Of a stretch of 64,000 nucleotides of DNA, positions 46,656-56,305 are shown one piece after another. Origin of the DNA: an uncultured Rubrobacteraceae bacterium. GTDB lineage: Bacteria > Actinomycetota > Rubrobacteria > Rubrobacterales > Rubrobacteraceae. Numbering within the stretch: the stretch's first letter is position 1; the number at the start of each line of letters is the position of its first letter. The notes under the pieces were generated by a model, which worked only from the letters and a program-made list of their open reading frames with translations, was not told the origin of the DNA and ran no database searches. Both the position numbers and the translations under genes were made by a program. The stretch covers positions 1-64,000 of the forward strand of contig CAWHLD010000020.1 of the NCBI GenBank assembly GCA_963830075.1, read 5' to 3'.

Positions 46656-47735
46656 TTGCACGGAAAGAAACCAACAATCCTCGTCACCGGCGGGGCTGGC
46701 TTTATCGGGGGCAACTTCGTCCTCGACGCGGTGGCCTCCGGGGACTCGGTGGTTGTCAACCTTGACGCCCTGACCTACGCGGGGAACCCCGACACGCTCG
46801 CCGGGATGTCTGAGAACCCGGATCATATCTTCGTACACGGAAGAATCGGGGACAGGGAGCTGGTCGACCGCCTGCTCGCCGGGTACCGTCCCTCGGCCGT
46901 CGTCAACTTCGCCGCGGAGACGCACGTCGACCGCTCCATAGACGGTCCGAAAGCCTTCGTTCAGACCAACGTGGTCGAGACACACGAGCTACTCGAGGCC
47001 TCGCTCTCCTACTGGGGGGCACTTGAGGGGGAGGAGCACGATGCTTTCCGCTTTCTGCACGTCTCGACGGATGAGGTGTACGGGACGCTCGGGCCGACGG
47101 GATACTTTACCGAGGAGAGCCCATTCAGGCCGAACTCCCCGTACGCGGCCTCCAAGGCGGCCTCCGACCACCTGGTGCGGGCCTACCATCACACCTACGG
47201 GCTGCCTGTGCTTACCACCAACTGCTCCAACAATTACGGACCCTACCATTTTCCAGAGAAGCTCATACCGCTCATGATCCTGACCGCCTTGCGCGGCGAA
47301 CCCCTGCCGGTCTACGGCGACGGGCAGCAGATCCGGGACTGGCTCTATGTGAAGGAACACTGCAAAGCGATAAGGGTCGTCCTGGAGCGCGGCCGTCCTG
47401 GCGAGACCTACAACGTCGGCGGCCACAACGAGCGGACGAACCTGGAGGTCGTCAGGACGATCTGCGCCCTGCTCGACGAACTGGCACCCGACTCGCCACA
47501 CGCGCCGCACGAGTCGCTCATCACCTTCGTCACGGACAGGCCTGGTCACGACAGGCGCTACGCCATAGATGCGGGGAAGATAGAGATCGAGCTCGGCTGG
47601 GTGCCCGAGGAGACGCTCGAGTCCGGCATGGAGAAAACCGTGCGCTGGTACCTGGAGAACAGGGAGTGGTGCGAGGCCGTGCTCTCGCGGGGCTACAGGG
47701 GAGAGCGGCTGGGTATCCGCGGGGGGGCGGCATGA
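46656..47735 (+). CDS. rmlB: dTDP-glucose 4,6-dehydratase
   Basis: [15 protein letters not shown], ..[15 protein letters not shown].. (YxxxK), 359 aa. Confidence 0.9.
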   Translation: MHGKKPTILVTGGAGFIGGNFVLDAVASGDSVVVNLDALTYAGNPDTLAGMSENPDHIFVHGRIGDRELVDRLLAGYRPSAVVNFAAETHVDRSIDGPKAFVQTNVVETHELLEASLSYWGALEGEEHDAFRFLHVSTDEVYGTLGPTGYFTEESPFRPNSPYAASKAASDHLVRAYHHTYGLPVLTTNCSNNYGPYHFPEKLIPLMILTALRGEPLPVYGDGQQIRDWLYVKEHCKAIRVVLERGRPGETYNVGGHNERTNLEVVRTICALLDELAPDSPHAPHESLITFVTDRPGHDRRYAIDAGKIEIELGWVPEETLESGMEKTVRWYLENREWCEAVLSRGYRGERLGIRGGAA

Positions 47736-48613
47736 AGGGCATCGTGCTCGCCGGGGGGGCGGGGACTCGGCTGTATCCGCTCACCAGGGCCGTAAGCAAG
47801 CAGCTCCTGCCCGTCTACGACAAACCCATGATCTACTACCCCCTCACTACGTTGATGCTCGCGGGAATCAGGGACATACTCGTAATCTCCACCCCGGAAG
47901 ACCTCTCGCGGTTCGAAGAACTACTCGGCGATGGCTCGCAGTGGGGCGTCAACTTCGACTACGCCGTGCAACCAAGGCCGGAGGGGCTCGCCCAGGCCTT
48001 CGTCATAGGACGGGGGTTCGTAGGCTCGGAGAGCGTCTCGCTTGTCCTCGGGGACAACATCTTCTTCGGGCAAGGCTTCTCGGGTCTCCTGGAGCGCTCG
48101 GCTGGCAGGCAAGAGGGGGCTACCGTCTTCGGGTACTACGTCAGGGACCCCGAGCGCTACGGCGTCGTCGAGTTCGACGCCGACGGCACGGTCCTTAGCA
48201 TCGAGGAGAAGCCCGATAAACCCCGTTCGCACTACGCTGTGACGGGCCTCTACTTCTACGATAACAGGGTCCTCGACGTTGCCGCCGACCTGAAACCTTC
48301 GGCGCGCGGGGAGCTGGAGATAACAGATGTCAACGTGGACTATCTGGGGCGCGGAGAGCTTCAGGTCGAGCTCATGGGACGCGGGATGGCGTGGCTCGAC
48401 GCCGGCACGCACGAGTCGCTGCACCAGTCGGCCAACTTCATCGAGACCATCGAGCAGCGACAAGGCCTCAAGGTAGGCTGCCCCGAGGAGATCTCCTACC
48501 GCAAGGGTTATATAGACGGGGGTCAGCTCGAGCGCCTCGCCCACCCGATGAGGAAGAACGACTACGGTCGGTACCTGTTGGAGCTCCTCGGCAGCGAGGA
48601 GTTCGTTACATGA
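47732..48613 (+). CDS. rmlA: Glucose-1-phosphate thymidylyltransferase
   Basis: [38 protein letters not shown]; ATGA overlap with rmlB. Confidence 0.9.
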   Translation: MKGIVLAGGAGTRLYPLTRAVSKQLLPVYDKPMIYYPLTTLMLAGIRDILVISTPEDLSRFEELLGDGSQWGVNFDYAVQPRPEGLAQAFVIGRGFVGSESVSLVLGDNIFFGQGFSGLLERSAGRQEGATVFGYYVRDPERYGVVEFDADGTVLSIEEKPDKPRSHYAVTGLYFYDNRVLDVAADLKPSARGELEITDVNVDYLGRGELQVELMGRGMAWLDAGTHESLHQSANFIETIEQRQGLKVGCPEEISYRKGYIDGGQLERLAHPMRKNDYGRYLLELLGSEEFVT

Positions 48614-49170
48614 ACGTCCTAAAGACGGAGCTCCCGGGGGTCCTGATCGTCGAGCCCGACGTCTTCGGCGACGCCCGTGGCTTCTTTATGGAGACCTGGA
48701 ATGGCGTCCGCTACGAGGAGCAAGGCATCGAAGACCACTTCGTGCAGGATAACCTCTCGTTCTCGGCCCACGGCGTGTTACGCGGCCTCCACTTCCAGAA
48801 CCCCAAAGCCCAGGGCAAGCTCGTCTCCGTCTTGCAGGGCGAGGTCTTCGACGTGGCCGTGGACATCCGCGTGGGCTCCCCGACCTTCGGCCGGTGGGCG
48901 GGCGTTACCCTCTCCTCCGAGAACAAGCGCCAGTTCTGGGTGCCGCCAGGCTTCGCCCACGGCTTCGTAGTTACCGGCGAGAACGCGCTCTTCTCCTACA
49001 AATGCACTGAGTACTACGCCCCCGAACACGACGGTTCCATCCTGTGGAACGATCAAGGGATAGGAATAGAGTGGCCCCTCGAAAACCCCTCCCTCTCGGA
49101 CAAAGACCGCGCCGCCCCGCCCCTCGACGCGATGCCCGAAAAGCGGCTGCCGCGCTATGCGGAAGGCTGA
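48610..49170 (+). CDS. rmlC: dTDP-4-dehydrorhamnose 3,5-epimerase
   Basis: [21 protein letters not shown]...RGLHFQ...[18 protein letters not shown]; ATGA overlap with rmlA. Confidence 0.9.
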   Translation: MNVLKTELPGVLIVEPDVFGDARGFFMETWNGVRYEEQGIEDHFVQDNLSFSAHGVLRGLHFQNPKAQGKLVSVLQGEVFDVAVDIRVGSPTFGRWAGVTLSSENKRQFWVPPGFAHGFVVTGENALFSYKCTEYYAPEHDGSILWNDQGIGIEWPLENPSLSDKDRAAPPLDAMPEKRLPRYAEG

Positions 49171-49636
49171 GATGAGCGATGCTGGTTCGTTCGGCCTACT
49201 GGGAGACCACCGCTACATGAGTCTGACCACGTTCCGCAGGAGCGGGGAGGCCGTGTCAACGACGGTCTGGTTCGCGCTCGTGGAGGGCAGAGCTTACGTG
49301 TTCACGAGCAAGAATTCGGGCAAGGTCAAGCGTATACGCAACAACCCGCGCGTAGCGTTGACGCCGAGCAATGTTAGGGGCAAGCCCAGGTCGCCGAGCA
49401 GCATAGAGGCTGGGGCCCGCCTCATGGGCAAGGACGAAGAGGAGATGCCCAACCGGGCCATCGACCAGAAGTACGGCTGGCAGTACAGGCTCTTCAACTA
49501 CGTGCTCGGGCTTCCGAAACCCCCCCCCCGAGCACGACTTCCTCGAGTTGCGGCCCGGGGGAGATCCAGGATAATCCGGTCGCCGGCCGTATGGGAGAAG
49601 GCACTTCCTCGAAGTTGGCGCCGCGGGCTTCGGTAG
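49157..49636 (+). pseudogene. PPOX-class (F420/FMN split-barrel) protein whose 3' end runs through a C10 homopolymer (49520-49529). The annotated frame gives an Arg-rich nonsense tail, while the -1 frame gives a plausible ending EHDFLELRPGGDPG*.
   Basis: LTTFRRSGEAVSTTVWFALVEGRAYVFTSKNSGKVKRIRNNPRVALTP is canonical PPOX. Beyond the C-run the translation becomes PRARLPRVAARGRSRIIRSPAV... Confidence 0.5.
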
Positions 49637-50835
49637 GAGCAAGCGCCCGCGGTTCGGGAAACGAAAACCGTCAAGAGGAGCGAAGGGTGAAACCGACCGA
49701 GGGTTCTTCGTGGCGAGAGAGGATCTGGCCCCGTATCCGCGTGCGCCACCGCCTGCGCTCGGGCGTCATTCTCTTGAGGGGCGGATGGTTGCAGATCCTC
49801 CAGACGGCTGTAGCCGCCTGCGCGGCGTGGTTTCTCGCGGTCTTGCTGCTGGGGGTGGACCGGCCCACCTTCGCCCCCATAGCGGCGGTTATCTGCCTGG
49901 GTCTCGCGGTGGCAGAGCGGGCCCGGCGCGCGATCGAGCTGACGCTCGGGGTAGCCTTCGGCGTCGCGATCGCCGACCTCCTCGTCTCCGGCGTCGGGGT
50001 TGGGCCCTTGCAGGCCGGCCTCGTCGTGGTCCTGGCGATGACCCTGGCCGTGTTCCTGGGGCGTGAGGAGACAGGTGTAAAGGAGGCCGCCATCTCCGCG
50101 ATGATCATCATGATAACCTTCCACTCCCCTGACGCCGGCCTGCCGCTGGAGCGCTTTCTGGAGGCCCTGATCGGGGGCGGCACGGCCCTACTCATAAACG
50201 CTCTGCTCCCCATCAACCCCGAGCGTATGGTAGAGGAGGCCGCCCACCCCCTCTTCGACGAGTCGGTGGCCGTACTCGAGGAGGTGGCTGGCGCGCTGGA
50301 GGGCGGCGACGCCGAGCGCGCCCAGAGCGCCTACTTGAAGGCCCGCGAGATCGACGCCAGGGTTGGCGGATTGAAGGAGGCCGTAGCTGCCGGCCGGGAG
50401 ACCGCGCGCCTCGCCCCGCCCCGTCGCAGAAGCCTCGGGCATCTCGAGCTCTACGCCGAAGCCGCCGATCAGATAGACCTGACGGTCCGCGACGTGCGCG
50501 CCTTGTCCCGCGCCGCGCTCAGCGTGGTACAGCCCGGTGATTCTTCCCCCGAGCCGCTCTCAGGGGCGGTTCGGGGGCTGGCCAGGGCGACCGAGGCCCT
50601 CGCCACATACCTCGAAACGTCAGGCGATCCGGAGCACACGCGCCAGCTCGCGCTGGAGGCCTCGAAGGAGGCCAGCGTGCTCTTGAGCGAACGCGAAGAC
50701 CTGGCAAGCAACCTCGCCGTCAACGCGCTCGTCGACCAGATCCACTCCTCTGCCGTAGATCTTCTCGGGAGCACCGGCATGGACCGGAGCGCGGCGCTGC
50801 AGGCCCTAGAGGAGGCCACAGGACGCGCTTCTTAG
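49591..50835 (+). CDS. FUSC/ArAE-family (aromatic acid exporter / fusaric-acid-resistance-like) membrane protein; start uncertain
   Basis: N-terminal 4-5 TM region LQILQTAVAACAAWFLAVLLLG... followed by a long cytoplasmic alpha-helical domain; architecture-based. Confidence 0.4.
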   Translation: MGEGTSSKLAPRASVGASARGSGNENRQEERRVKPTEGSSWRERIWPRIRVRHRLRSGVILLRGGWLQILQTAVAACAAWFLAVLLLGVDRPTFAPIAAVICLGLAVAERARRAIELTLGVAFGVAIADLLVSGVGVGPLQAGLVVVLAMTLAVFLGREETGVKEAAISAMIIMITFHSPDAGLPLERFLEALIGGGTALLINALLPINPERMVEEAAHPLFDESVAVLEEVAGALEGGDAERAQSAYLKAREIDARVGGLKEAVAAGRETARLAPPRRRSLGHLELYAEAADQIDLTVRDVRALSRAALSVVQPGDSSPEPLSGAVRGLARATEALATYLETSGDPEHTRQLALEASKEASVLLSEREDLASNLAVNALVDQIHSSAVDLLGSTGMDRSAALQALEEATGRAS

Positions 50836-50913
50836 GACGACTTCAGGCATCAGTAGGGTTTCGTAGCAAATCCGTTTGAACAGGATCGCTTTGTCGGGGT
50901 CCGTCGTTGGCAA

Positions 50914-51786
50914 TTATCGGTCGGTGCCGTCGCGCTTCTGCCCTGCGTTGGTCCCGAACAGCGAGGTTCCGAGCTTTGCGAGCGCGCGCAGGGTGAGCCC
51001 GGCGAGAACCGCCAGGCTGAAAACGCCCAGTGGTCCGTGCGTGCCGTGCTTACGGTGGTAGAGGAAGGCGCTCTTGTGGAGGAGCCAGACGGCCCTGGGT
51101 TTGCTTCGGCTGCTCGCACCGGTCTGGTGAATTATCTCGATGTGGGGCAGGTAGTAGACGAGCCATCCAGCAGTGCGGGCGCGGCGGCAAAGGTCGGCAT
51201 CCTCGAAATACATGAAGAAGCGCTCGTCGAGAGGTCCAACGTCTCGCAACGTCTCCCTGCGGATGACCATGCAGGCACCGGAGACCCAGTCGACCGGGGA
51301 AGGATGGGACTGGTCGGTGACGGCGGGAAACTGACTCTTTACGAGCGAGCTCTTGGGAAAGAGGCGCGTGAGGAGGGAGGTACGCCCGAGGAACCCCGAG
51401 AGGGCACTGATCTCCCGCCGCGCCGAGAGCTGGAGATGCCCGTCCGAGTCCAGGATCTTTGGTCCCCCGATGCCTGCCTTCTGGCTCTTCTCGAAGAATT
51501 CCTCTAGGCGCTCAAAGAAATGCCCTTCGACGACCGTGTCTGGATTCAAGAGAACGACCAGACCTCCGGTCGATGCGGCGATGCCCCTGTTGTGGGCGCA
51601 GGCGAAACCGAGGTTTTGTTTGTTCCGGATCAGACGCACGGACGACGGAAGCTCGGGCGGCTCGACGCTGTCGTTGTCCACGACAATGGCCTCGAAGTCC
51701 TCGTAGCCGGTCGCATATAGCGACTCGATGCAACGCAAGGTCAGGGGCCAGGAGGCATAATTGACGATAAGGACGGAGAACTTCAT
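50914..51786 (-). CDS. Family-2 glycosyltransferase
   Basis: FSVLIVNYASWP...EAIVVDNDS...(DxD) LLNPDT. Confidence 0.75.
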   Translation of the reverse strand: MKFSVLIVNYASWPLTLRCIESLYATGYEDFEAIVVDNDSVEPPELPSSVRLIRNKQNLGFACAHNRGIAASTGGLVVLLNPDTVVEGHFFERLEEFFEKSQKAGIGGPKILDSDGHLQLSARREISALSGFLGRTSLLTRLFPKSSLVKSQFPAVTDQSHPSPVDWVSGACMVIRRETLRDVGPLDERFFMYFEDADLCRRARTAGWLVYYLPHIEIIHQTGASSRSKPRAVWLLHKSAFLYHRKHGTHGPLGVFSLAVLAGLTLRALAKLGTSLFGTNAGQKRDGTDR

Positions 51787-52787
51787 CGTGCCACGCCCCC
51801 GTCCCTGAGCCGGCGCGCGATGCTCGCCGCCGCCGCGAGCGAGGATTGCCGTAGCAGCCTACGCACCTCGGCGTCCGATACTCGCTTCTGCTTCTGGATG
51901 CCTCCCCGCTTATCCAGCATCAGCGGCAGGTGACGCCACGCCCCCGCGAGCCCCTCCAGGTGCGCCCGAAAAGTGCCTGTCGCCGCCGCGGTTGCGAGAC
52001 GGGCGAGTTGACCGAGGAGGAAGAACGGCAGTATGTGGGGCACCGCGGAGAGGGGCAGGTCCTTGACCAGCATGCTGAGGGAGTTGCGTGTACCCAGCCG
52101 GGTCGCGGTCTCGCTTCGCTTGCCTCCGGTCGAGGCGCTTCCCATGTGGTAGACGACGGCGTCCGGAACGTAGAAGCAGCGATAGCCGGCGAGCTGGGCG
52201 CGGAAGCTCAGGTCCCCGTCCTCGCAATAAGAGACGAAGTCCTCGTCGAAGAGCCCGACCTCGTCGAAGAGTGCTTTCCGGTAAAGCGCCGCGGCGGCGC
52301 AGGCCCCGAAGACGTAGCCAGACGCGTCGAACTGGCCCCTGTCGCGCTCGCCGTGTCCGAGGCGGTAAGGGAGGCCGCTCAGGCGCATGGCGTCTCCCGC
52401 CCCATCTAGCACCCCGCGGTCGTGGAAGTCGACCAGCTTGCTCGCGAAGAAGCCGGACTCGGGGTGATCTTCTGCCGCGCGTACCAGCGCCTCGAGCCAA
52501 CCTCGGTCCTGCTCGGTGTCGTTGTTGAGGAGGACTACGTACTCTGCCTCGGACGCTTCGATGCCGGCGTTCACGGCCGCTGCGAAGCCCCTGTTCTCTC
52601 CCAGGGCAACGGTCTTTGTTCCTGGAAAATTCTCGGCAACGAAATCTAGCGAGCCGTCCTCGGAACCGTTATCCACCAGAACTGTCTCGAAGTCTCTAAA
52701 CGATTGATTTCCCAGGGAGCCCAGGCAGAGATCGAGAAAGCGTTCGCCGTTCCAGTTGGGGATGACGACCGTGACGCGGGCGGGCAC
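51783..52787 (-). CDS. Family-2 glycosyltransferase
   Basis: VTVVIPNWNGERFL...ETVLVDNGSEDGS...YVVLLNNDTE; 4-nt overlap with downstream GT2. Confidence 0.75.
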   Translation of the reverse strand: MPARVTVVIPNWNGERFLDLCLGSLGNQSFRDFETVLVDNGSEDGSLDFVAENFPGTKTVALGENRGFAAAVNAGIEASEAEYVVLLNNDTEQDRGWLEALVRAAEDHPESGFFASKLVDFHDRGVLDGAGDAMRLSGLPYRLGHGERDRGQFDASGYVFGACAAAALYRKALFDEVGLFDEDFVSYCEDGDLSFRAQLAGYRCFYVPDAVVYHMGSASTGGKRSETATRLGTRNSLSMLVKDLPLSAVPHILPFFLLGQLARLATAAATGTFRAHLEGLAGAWRHLPLMLDKRGGIQKQKRVSDAEVRRLLRQSSLAAAASIARRLRDGGVAR

Positions 52788-52792
52788 GGGTT

Positions 52793-54091
52793 TCAGGTAG
52801 CCGGGCCCGATTCTTCGCGAAGCCGGTCGTGGACCTGGACCGTCGTTGGCAGTTGGACCATGCCGCGCACCGGACGTCCTTCCGCGAAGATCTCGAAGGC
52901 CACCGGATTTTCATTGCGTCCCAGGAGGGTGTCACCTTCGCCCGAGATGGTGGCCTCGACGCTATATTGGCCGGAATGGAGCGGTAGACCGAAGCTGAAG
53001 TCCACCGCTACGACCTCGCCCTCCTCCCTCGCTCCGAGCGGAGCGTTCTCCGCCTCGGTCGAGGTCTCGAACAGGAGCGTCCCCGACCTGTCGCGTAGGA
53101 GAACGTTGAACGCGCTCTCATCCACGGCCTGCGCGTAGCGCGCGTGCACGCGGACGGTCAGGTTGCCCCCTGACGGCAATCGATCGGTGGGCTCGTTGGT
53201 CTCGTCGAGTAGTTCTACGTCCAGGACTCCGGCCTCCCCCGTGGCCCGCTGACGCCTCGCCTCGCCGTTTGGGGGGTCTGGCATATCTTCCTCGTCCTCG
53301 TGGGCTATCGTGTCGTCCAGTTGCTGGTCCCGCTCGGCGTTCTTGGTGGCCTTTTTGTTCTGGGCTTTCTCCAGCATGTCGCGGTACTCGCCGACCACCT
53401 CGTCCGGGGTGCCCCTGAGGATCATGTGTCCCCTGTTCAGCAGCACGGCGTCCGTGCAGAACCTGTTGACCATACCCATGCTGTGCGAGACGAACAGGAC
53501 CGTGGTCCCCGAGTCCCGCAGCTCGTACATCCTCTGCAGGGCCTTCTTCTTGAAGGCCGCGTCTCCGGCCGAGAGAGCCTCGTCGATCACCAGGATATCC
53601 GGGTCGACGTTGACCGCGACGGCGAAGCCCAGGCGCGACTTCATCCCGCTCGAGTAGGTCCTCACGGGCCGATCCATAAAGTCCCCGATGTCCGCGAACG
53701 CCTCTATCTCTTCAAACCGATCGAGTATCTCGTGGCGGTCTATGCCCAGGATCAGGCCGTTCATCATGGCGTTCTCGCGGCCCGTGAACTCGGGGTTGAA
53801 GCCCGACCCCAGCCCGAAGATGGCTGTCAGCCGGCCGTTAGTCTCGACCGTGCCCGTCGTAGGCTGCAAGACGCCCGAGATGATCTGCAGCAGCGTGCTC
53901 TTCCCCGCCCCGTTGCGGCCGAGGATGCCTAAAGTGGTGCCCGGCTCGACCTCGAGGTCTATGTCCTGGAGGGCCCAGAAATCCTCGCTGTGCTGCTTCT
54001 TGCCGAAGCTCAGGACCTCCCTCAGGCGCAACGACTTGCTGGAGGAGATCCTGTACTTCTTCCCTATCCCTTTGAGCGATATAGCGTTCAT
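52793..54091 (-). CDS. wzt: ABC transporter ATP-binding protein for polysaccharide export (Wzt/TagH-like), with C-terminal extra domain
   Basis: Walker A GRNGAGKST, signature SSGMKSRLGFA, Walker B ILVIDEAL. True start MNAISLKG overlaps the wzm stop (ATGA). The table ORF's 255-aa N-terminal extension overlaps wzm in another frame and is rejected. Confidence 0.8.
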   Translation of the reverse strand: MNAISLKGIGKKYRISSSKSLRLREVLSFGKKQHSEDFWALQDIDLEVEPGTTLGILGRNGAGKSTLLQIISGVLQPTTGTVETNGRLTAIFGLGSGFNPEFTGRENAMMNGLILGIDRHEILDRFEEIEAFADIGDFMDRPVRTYSSGMKSRLGFAVAVNVDPDILVIDEALSAGDAAFKKKALQRMYELRDSGTTVLFVSHSMGMVNRFCTDAVLLNRGHMILRGTPDEVVGEYRDMLEKAQNKKATKNAERDQQLDDTIAHEDEEDMPDPPNGEARRQRATGEAGVLDVELLDETNEPTDRLPSGGNLTVRVHARYAQAVDESAFNVLLRDRSGTLLFETSTEAENAPLGAREEGEVVAVDFSFGLPLHSGQYSVEATISGEGDTLLGRNENPVAFEIFAEGRPVRGMVQLPTTVQVHDRLREESGPAT

Positions 54092-54936
54092 CACAGGTGA
54101 TCCGCGAACTTGGGCTTGAGCCTGACGAACATCGCAAAGCCGACGATGAAGAGGGCCACGGAGAAGAGCGTAAAGTAGAGGGTCGCAAGCCCGCCCGGCA
54201 TGGTGCCGTAGAGGATCAGGCGCCTGTACGCCTCGACCAGGTACGCAAGCGGGTTGTAGTCCTCGATCCAACGCAGCGACTCGGGCAACCGGTCGGGCGG
54301 CCAGAGGATCGGGGTGACGAAGAACATCCCCCTTATGACTGGTCGCATGACCTCCCCAACGTCGGGCAGGAAGGTGCCAAGCACCGCCATGATGTATGTG
54401 AGCCCGAGGATGAAGATAAGCTGCAGCACCACGATGGCTGGCAGCACGAGTAGCGTCGGGTGCAACGTCCTGCCGAACAGGAGAAGCATGATCAGGAGCG
54501 CCCCGAAGCCGAAGATTTTGTCTACCATCGAGGCTATGGCGTTCGTGAAAGGCAGAATCTCCAGCGGGAACACTATCTTCTGTACGAGACCCGAGTTGCT
54601 CCTGATGCTGTTGAGGCCCTTGTTGAGTGCCTCGGAAAAGGTAAGGAAGGGGAGCAACCCGCAATACAGGAAGAGCCCGAAGTTGAGCGTCGGGTCGCCC
54701 TCTACCCCACGGTTCTTTATCCCGAACGCGTTGGAGAAGATGAGCGAGAGGAAGAACACCCAGATCAGTGGCCCTAATATCGCCCACGCGAAACCCAGAT
54801 AAGACCTTCTGTAAGCTCGGGTTACCTGCCGGTGTATGAAGTACCCGAGCAGCCACCGCCGGTGGTAGAAGGTGCCCAGGGCGTCGAAGAATGCGCCCCC
54901 GAGGCTCCTCTTTTCGCTGGAAGTGTATGTTGCCAA
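54091..54936 (-). CDS. wzm: ABC-2-type polysaccharide export permease (Wzm/TagG-like)
   Basis: 6 TM helices; FFDALGTFYHRRWLLGYFIHRQVTRAYRRSYLGFAWAILGP is the typical ABC-2 N-terminus. Confidence 0.75.
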   Translation of the reverse strand: MATYTSSEKRSLGGAFFDALGTFYHRRWLLGYFIHRQVTRAYRRSYLGFAWAILGPLIWVFFLSLIFSNAFGIKNRGVEGDPTLNFGLFLYCGLLPFLTFSEALNKGLNSIRSNSGLVQKIVFPLEILPFTNAIASMVDKIFGFGALLIMLLLFGRTLHPTLLVLPAIVVLQLIFILGLTYIMAVLGTFLPDVGEVMRPVIRGMFFVTPILWPPDRLPESLRWIEDYNPLAYLVEAYRRLILYGTMPGGLATLYFTLFSVALFIVGFAMFVRLKPKFADHL

Positions 54937-55026
54937 AAACGTTCCTCGTCTAGCCGATGCCGAAGGGTAGTGTAAACCCTGAGACCCAAAAATCTAGACG
55001 GGTAGACGTGTAGGGGGCCGTTCGCT

Positions 55027-55056
55027 GGTAAGGGCGCTTCGCGAAGCGCCTCTACG
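55027..55056. terminator. Palindrome GGTAAGGGCGCTTCG|CGAAGCGCC.. downstream of the protease gene; relative of the 24027 palindrome
   Basis: GGCGCTTCGCGAAGCGCC perfect 9+9. Confidence 0.45.
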
Positions 55057-56299
55057 GCACGGCCCTGGCGGCGTTGATCCTGCCGTGCCCGTAGCGTGGG
55101 TCGTCGCCGTCTGGCCCGAGATCCGTGGCCGTGGACTGTATGCGTTGGCGGATTTGATCCGCCGTCTCGCCCTCGGAGGCGAGCAGCCCGGCGAGGGCTG
55201 ACACGAAGGGGGCAGACTGGCTGGTACCGGTCTCCTCAGGGTAGCCCCCACCCGCGCCTGTGGACAGTATATCCGTTCCCGGCGCCGCCAGGTCCACCCA
55301 ACTACCGCGGCTGGAGAAGCCGGTGAGCCTGTCATTCTCGTTGGTGGCGCTGACGGCGATGACCGCAGGATAGGCCGCGGGATACCGCCGCGCCGTCGTC
55401 CCCTCGTTGCCGGCCGAGGCGACGATCACGACGCCTTTTGCGGAAGCGTCGTTGATCTTCGCCTCGAGGGCGCCGCTATACGGCCCTTCGAGCGAGAGGT
55501 TCAATACGTCGGCCCCCTGATTTACGCTCCAGTTGATGCCGGAGATCAAGTCCGAGTCCGTAGCTTCTCCTCTTGAGTTCATGACCTTGGCCACGAGCAG
55601 CTTGCAGGCCGGGCATCCCCCCGCCACGCCCCTGCCGTTGTCCGTGAGTGCGCCTGCTATGCCGGCCACGTGGGTGCCGTGGCCGTAGCCGTCGTTGGCC
55701 ACGGCACGGCCGTTGACGAAGTCTTTCTGAGCCGAGATCTTGCCTATGTCGGAATGATCCTGGTTTATCCCAGAATCGATGATGGCGATCTTCGCCCCGG
55801 TGCCCCTGGCGTCGTTCCAGGCGTTCGGGAACCCGGCTTTCCTTAGACCCCACTGGCCAGGGTCGCCGAACTTACGGTCGTCCGGTAGGAACGTAGCCTC
55901 GCGGATGTAGTTGTAGTCGGCGGCCTCGACGCGGGGATCTTCCCGAAGGTCCCCGAGCTCGGACTGCAGTTCCTGTTCTCTGGTTTCCCCCGACTGCTCG
56001 CTCATTACGCTAGGGAACGAGATGAGACGCACCTCTCCCGGAAGATCCTTCACAGTTTGCCCCCCCGACTCGCGGACGACGGACTGCCGGGTATCCTCTG
56101 ACGTTCCCGGCTCGTAGACGACCAGGAGTTCTCCTGCGACGTAAGTGGTGCCCTCGGGGTCCGCATCCGAGTTCGGCCGTTCCGGTGTCTCTCCCCGTGC
56201 TCCCGGCGCGAGCGCCAGAAGAAGGGTCGTGAAGAGCAACGCCGCGACGAGGACGGAGACCTGGCGACCATCGTGGCGTGAACCTCTTAAGTGACCCAA
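55052..56299 (-). CDS. Secreted subtilisin-like (S8) serine protease with I9 propeptide
   Basis: Signal peptide; catalytic triad blocks IAIIDSGINQDHSDI, HGTHVAGIAG, GTSQSAPFVSALAGLL. Confidence 0.8.
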   Translation of the reverse strand: MGHLRGSRHDGRQVSVLVAALLFTTLLLALAPGARGETPERPNSDADPEGTTYVAGELLVVYEPGTSEDTRQSVVRESGGQTVKDLPGEVRLISFPSVMSEQSGETREQELQSELGDLREDPRVEAADYNYIREATFLPDDRKFGDPGQWGLRKAGFPNAWNDARGTGAKIAIIDSGINQDHSDIGKISAQKDFVNGRAVANDGYGHGTHVAGIAGALTDNGRGVAGGCPACKLLVAKVMNSRGEATDSDLISGINWSVNQGADVLNLSLEGPYSGALEAKINDASAKGVVIVASAGNEGTTARRYPAAYPAVIAVSATNENDRLTGFSSRGSWVDLAAPGTDILSTGAGGGYPEETGTSQSAPFVSALAGLLASEGETADQIRQRIQSTATDLGPDGDDPRYGHGRINAARAVP

Positions 56300-56305
56300 C
56301 TCGGG

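Noticed and set aside
52793-54856. 687-aa single ORF covering the wzt region
   Set aside because: The first roughly 255 codons overlap the wzm gene in a different frame and have no Walker motifs. The ABC ATPase starts at the internal Met (MNAISLKG) that overlaps the wzm stop.
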